From the NCBI RefSeq assembly GCF_030013595.1, contig NZ_CP122768.1: DNA of 64,000 nucleotides. One strand, given 5' to 3'. This DNA comes from Escherichia coli. GTDB taxonomy: Bacteria > Pseudomonadota > Gammaproteobacteria > Enterobacterales > Enterobacteriaceae. This document shows, one piece after another, positions 61,352 to 64,000 of this stretch; the first letter of the stretch is position 1; every line of letters begins with the position of its first letter. A program made the translations under genes and the position numbers. The notes below the pieces were generated by a model. That model made no database searches. It worked only from the letters and a program-made list of their open reading frames with translations, and was not told the origin of the DNA.

Positions 61352-62563
61352 TCACCCCACTTCTGGTAACAAGCCTGCTGCAATCAAAAATTGCACGCTA
61401 ATCACAGCAATACCACAGAGAAACACCACCACCAGCGCCGGACGACCACCTTTCACCCGGTAACCCGCCTGAGGATTGTGCTTTCTGCTTTGCCAGGTCA
61501 ACAGCGAAGGGATAATCAATGCCAGTACCGCCAGCGCCACACCGGCGTAACCCAGCGCCATCACAAATCCTCGTGGATAAAACAGTGCAAATGCTAACGG
61601 CGGCAGAAAGGTAATTGCACCAGTTTGCAATCGTCCACCAACGGTATTTGAACGCTGAAACAAATCTGCCAGATAATCAAATAAACCTAACGCAACGCCG
61701 AGAAATGACGTGGCGAGGGCTAAATCAGCAAATAAATGCACCGCCAGCTCAACATGCGGAGAGGCCACCATTTCGCGTAATGCCTGTAACAGCCCGTTTA
61801 ATCCGGCATGATTAGCCAGCAATCCCATAAAGGTTGTTGAATCAATGCTGCCAAGCGTTGCCACCTGCCAGAAAATATATGCCACCAGGGGGATCGCACT
61901 ACCGGTTATAAACACCCAGCGTAGCTTACGAATGTTGCCATCCATATAGCTGACAATACTCGGCACGCTACCGTGAAAACCAAACGACGTAAAAATCACC
62001 GGGATTGCAGACAGTGCCAGCCCCTGTTGCAACGGCAGGGTTAAAAGATTCACTTTGTGAATATGCGGTAGCAGTAGTACCAGCATTACCACCAGAAAAA
62101 TAATCTTAGCGCTGAACAGAAAACGGTTAAACAAATCGACCAGCGATGTCCCGACACAAACCACGCCACCGGCAACAAAAGTGAACAACAGCACGCCAGC
62201 GGTTGCCGACATTGAAATACCTGTCCAGTCGCTGATGCTGGAGGCCAACAATTCACCAGCCCCGCTGATGTATGCCGCAGTCAGAGCATACATTAAGAAC
62301 ATCATACTGAAGCCTGTCAGCCACTGACCGTAGCGTCCCAGATAGCGTTTTGCCAGCGTGCCCAGACCGGTATCTGCCGGGACATGCTGGTACACCTCCA
62401 GTAGTAATAGCGCCGTGTAGCACATCAACGCCCAAAGCCCAATCAACAAGATTAACGTGACGCTAAAACCAACACCTGCCGCAGCCAGCGGCATTGCCAG
62501 CATGCCTGCGCCAATTGTGGTTCCCGCCACGATAAAAACACTTCCCAGAGTTCTGTTTTTCAC
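61352..62563 (-). CDS. tyrP: Tyrosine-specific permease
   Basis: 403-aa polytopic membrane protein of the aromatic amino-acid permease family; TyrR box upstream. Confidence 0.88.
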   Translation of the reverse strand: MKNRTLGSVFIVAGTTIGAGMLAMPLAAAGVGFSVTLILLIGLWALMCYTALLLLEVYQHVPADTGLGTLAKRYLGRYGQWLTGFSMMFLMYALTAAYISGAGELLASSISDWTGISMSATAGVLLFTFVAGGVVCVGTSLVDLFNRFLFSAKIIFLVVMLVLLLPHIHKVNLLTLPLQQGLALSAIPVIFTSFGFHGSVPSIVSYMDGNIRKLRWVFITGSAIPLVAYIFWQVATLGSIDSTTFMGLLANHAGLNGLLQALREMVASPHVELAVHLFADLALATSFLGVALGLFDYLADLFQRSNTVGGRLQTGAITFLPPLAFALFYPRGFVMALGYAGVALAVLALIIPSLLTWQSRKHNPQAGYRVKGGRPALVVVFLCGIAVISVQFLIAAGLLPEVG

Positions 62564-62654
62564 GCTTTCTTCTGTCCTGACGATCTTTATGAGTGATATC
62601 TGCGGCGCAGGTTAAGGCATAACGGCTGCTTCGTCAAACCGGCGTTACATATGG

Positions 62655-62672
62655 TGTAAATATAAATGTACA
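62655..62672. promoter_or_regulatory. TyrR box in tyrP regulatory region
   Basis: TGTAAATATAAATGTACA matches TGTAAA-N6-TTTACA. Confidence 0.55.
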
Positions 62673-62753
62673 ATAAAATGCATTCAGTCCTGCGCTGGCG
62701 CAAAGTCTTGGTAAGCGGCAATCGCTACGCTAGCCTTTTTTCGAGGAGGAACG

Positions 62754-62993
62754 ATGGACTCTATTCACGGTCATGAAGTGTTAAATATGATGATTGAATC
62801 AGGTGAGCAATATACGCATGCCAGTCTGGAAGCTGCGATTAAAGCGCGTTTTGGTGAACAGGCACGTTTTCACACTTGCTCGGCAGAAGGGATGACAGCG
62901 GGAGAGCTGGTAGCGTTTCTGGCAGCAAAAGGCAAATTTATACCTTCGGAAGAAGGTTTTTCGACCGATCAGAGTAAGATTTGCCGTCACTGA
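62754..62993 (+). CDS. yecH: Small protein YecH
   Basis: 79-aa ORF with GGAGG RBS between tyrP and ftnA. Confidence 0.65.
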   Translation: MDSIHGHEVLNMMIESGEQYTHASLEAAIKARFGEQARFHTCSAEGMTAGELVAFLAAKGKFIPSEEGFSTDQSKICRH

Positions 62994-63030
62994 TTTGAAA
63001 CGGCGGCAGTAAACCTGCCGCCGGAGAACA

Positions 63031-63528
63031 TTAGTTTTGTGTGTCGAGGGTAGAGAGTTCTTTGTCGATAAAATACAAACCTTCGCCGCTTTTGCCTGCC
63101 AGACTTAATTTATCAATAATCGATTTGAACAGTTTCTCTTCTTCATGCTGCTCAGAAACATACCATTGCAGGAAATTAAATGTTGGGTAGTCCTGATTGG
63201 TCATTGCAGCATGAGCCAGTTCGTTAATTTTCTGCGTGATTAATTGTTCGTGTTTATAGGTTTCCTGGAATAATTCATCAAGTGAGGAATATTCAGCAAA
63301 CGGAGATTCAACGGTATTAATACGCGGTAAATTGCCGGTATCAGTCAGATAATCAAACAGACGCTGCATATGCGTCATCTCTTCCTGGGCGTGACGGCGC
63401 AGGAACGCGGCAGCACCTTCGAAGGTATGATAGCTGCACCAGGCGCTCATTTGCTGATAAAGCAGTGAAGAGTACAGTTCCAGGTTCATCTGCTCATTAA
63501 GTTTTTCAATCATTTCTGGTTTCAGCAT
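63031..63528 (-). CDS. ftnA: Ferritin (non-haem iron storage)
   Basis: [31 protein letters not shown]... ferritin-like four-helix sequence; start at internal Met of track ORF. Confidence 0.85.
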
Positions 63529-63698
63529 GATAGTGCTCCACAAAGGTTATATTTGTTGCTGTGGCGTCACTATAATTTGTTATTTTATTATTTGCAAAAG
63601 GTAAAATATAAACTTCATTTATTAAAAATACGAATGGGAATAAAACGCATTACCGCTATTTCTTTAATCAGCGAAGATCCCCTCGCTGATTAAAATAT

Positions 63699-63953
63699 TT
63701 AGAGAAAGACAGGGAAGGCGGAATGATGGCACTGATATGACAAAGTGAATTCCGTATTCAAACATAAGGAACCCGCAAAGAGGCTACAGTTGCCTACTGG
63801 CTGACCAAAGGGGATAGCGTGGGTATAGCCTTCCTGCTGGCATGCGCGATCGGCGATCCCGCGACTGACATAACGATCGGTATGGGCATGCTGCAAAAAA
63901 GCCTGGTCATAAACCAACCGTACAATACCTGTTGCCGCGTCAACTTCGCTCAC
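63699..63953 (-). CDS. Hypothetical small ORF (84 aa)
   Basis: ORF only; not recognised, and strand does not match what I expect for yecJ. Confidence 0.2.
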   Translation of the reverse strand: MSEVDAATGIVRLVYDQAFLQHAHTDRYVSRGIADRACQQEGYTHAIPFGQPVGNCSLFAGSLCLNTEFTLSYQCHHSAFPVFL

Positions 63954-64000
63954 ATGGGCCTGGCGAGTAACCGTACACCCCGCCAGCGTTATTAATGAAA

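Overview
This window looks like an Escherichia coli chromosomal segment (identification by recognition of the gene order and protein sequences, no search run): amyA', fliTSD/fliC/fliAZ, tcyJ-dcyD-tcyLN, sdiA, yecF, uvrY-uvrC-pgsA and the glyW-cysT-leuZ tRNA operon, then yecA, tyrP, yecH, ftnA at the right end. Between leuZ and yecA sits a ~45.9 kb prophage (about 14597..60499) bounded by a 126-bp direct repeat that duplicates the 3' part of tRNA-Leu. The prophage is mosaic: integrase/xis, an Erf-like recombination module, a Rac-like immunity region, O-like initiator with in-gene iterons, DnaB-like helicase, Q-like antiterminator, lysis cassette, lambda-like head genes (Nu1/A/W/B/C/D/E/FI/FII) and a P2/Mu-like contractile tail. 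It is probably defective: the large terminase has an in-frame amber codon and an IS3-family element (1310 bp, IS629-like) splits a lipoprotein gene. The best candidate for an undescribed system is an AT-rich accessory island (about 26.1-35.1 kb) inside the prophage, bracketed by ~230-bp imperfect direct repeats, carrying a translationally coupled nucleotidyltransferase-fold gene plus a DUF262/ParB-like gene, followed by a HEPN-motif gene and several orphan genes. Other points of interest are a CsrA-like 60-aa ORF, an ~0.85 kb ORF-poor leader with no N-like gene, and a recurring leader motif before several early genes. All calls rest on reading the sequence and the ORF track; no database search, HMM or folding was run, and family names for phage proteins are from memory.
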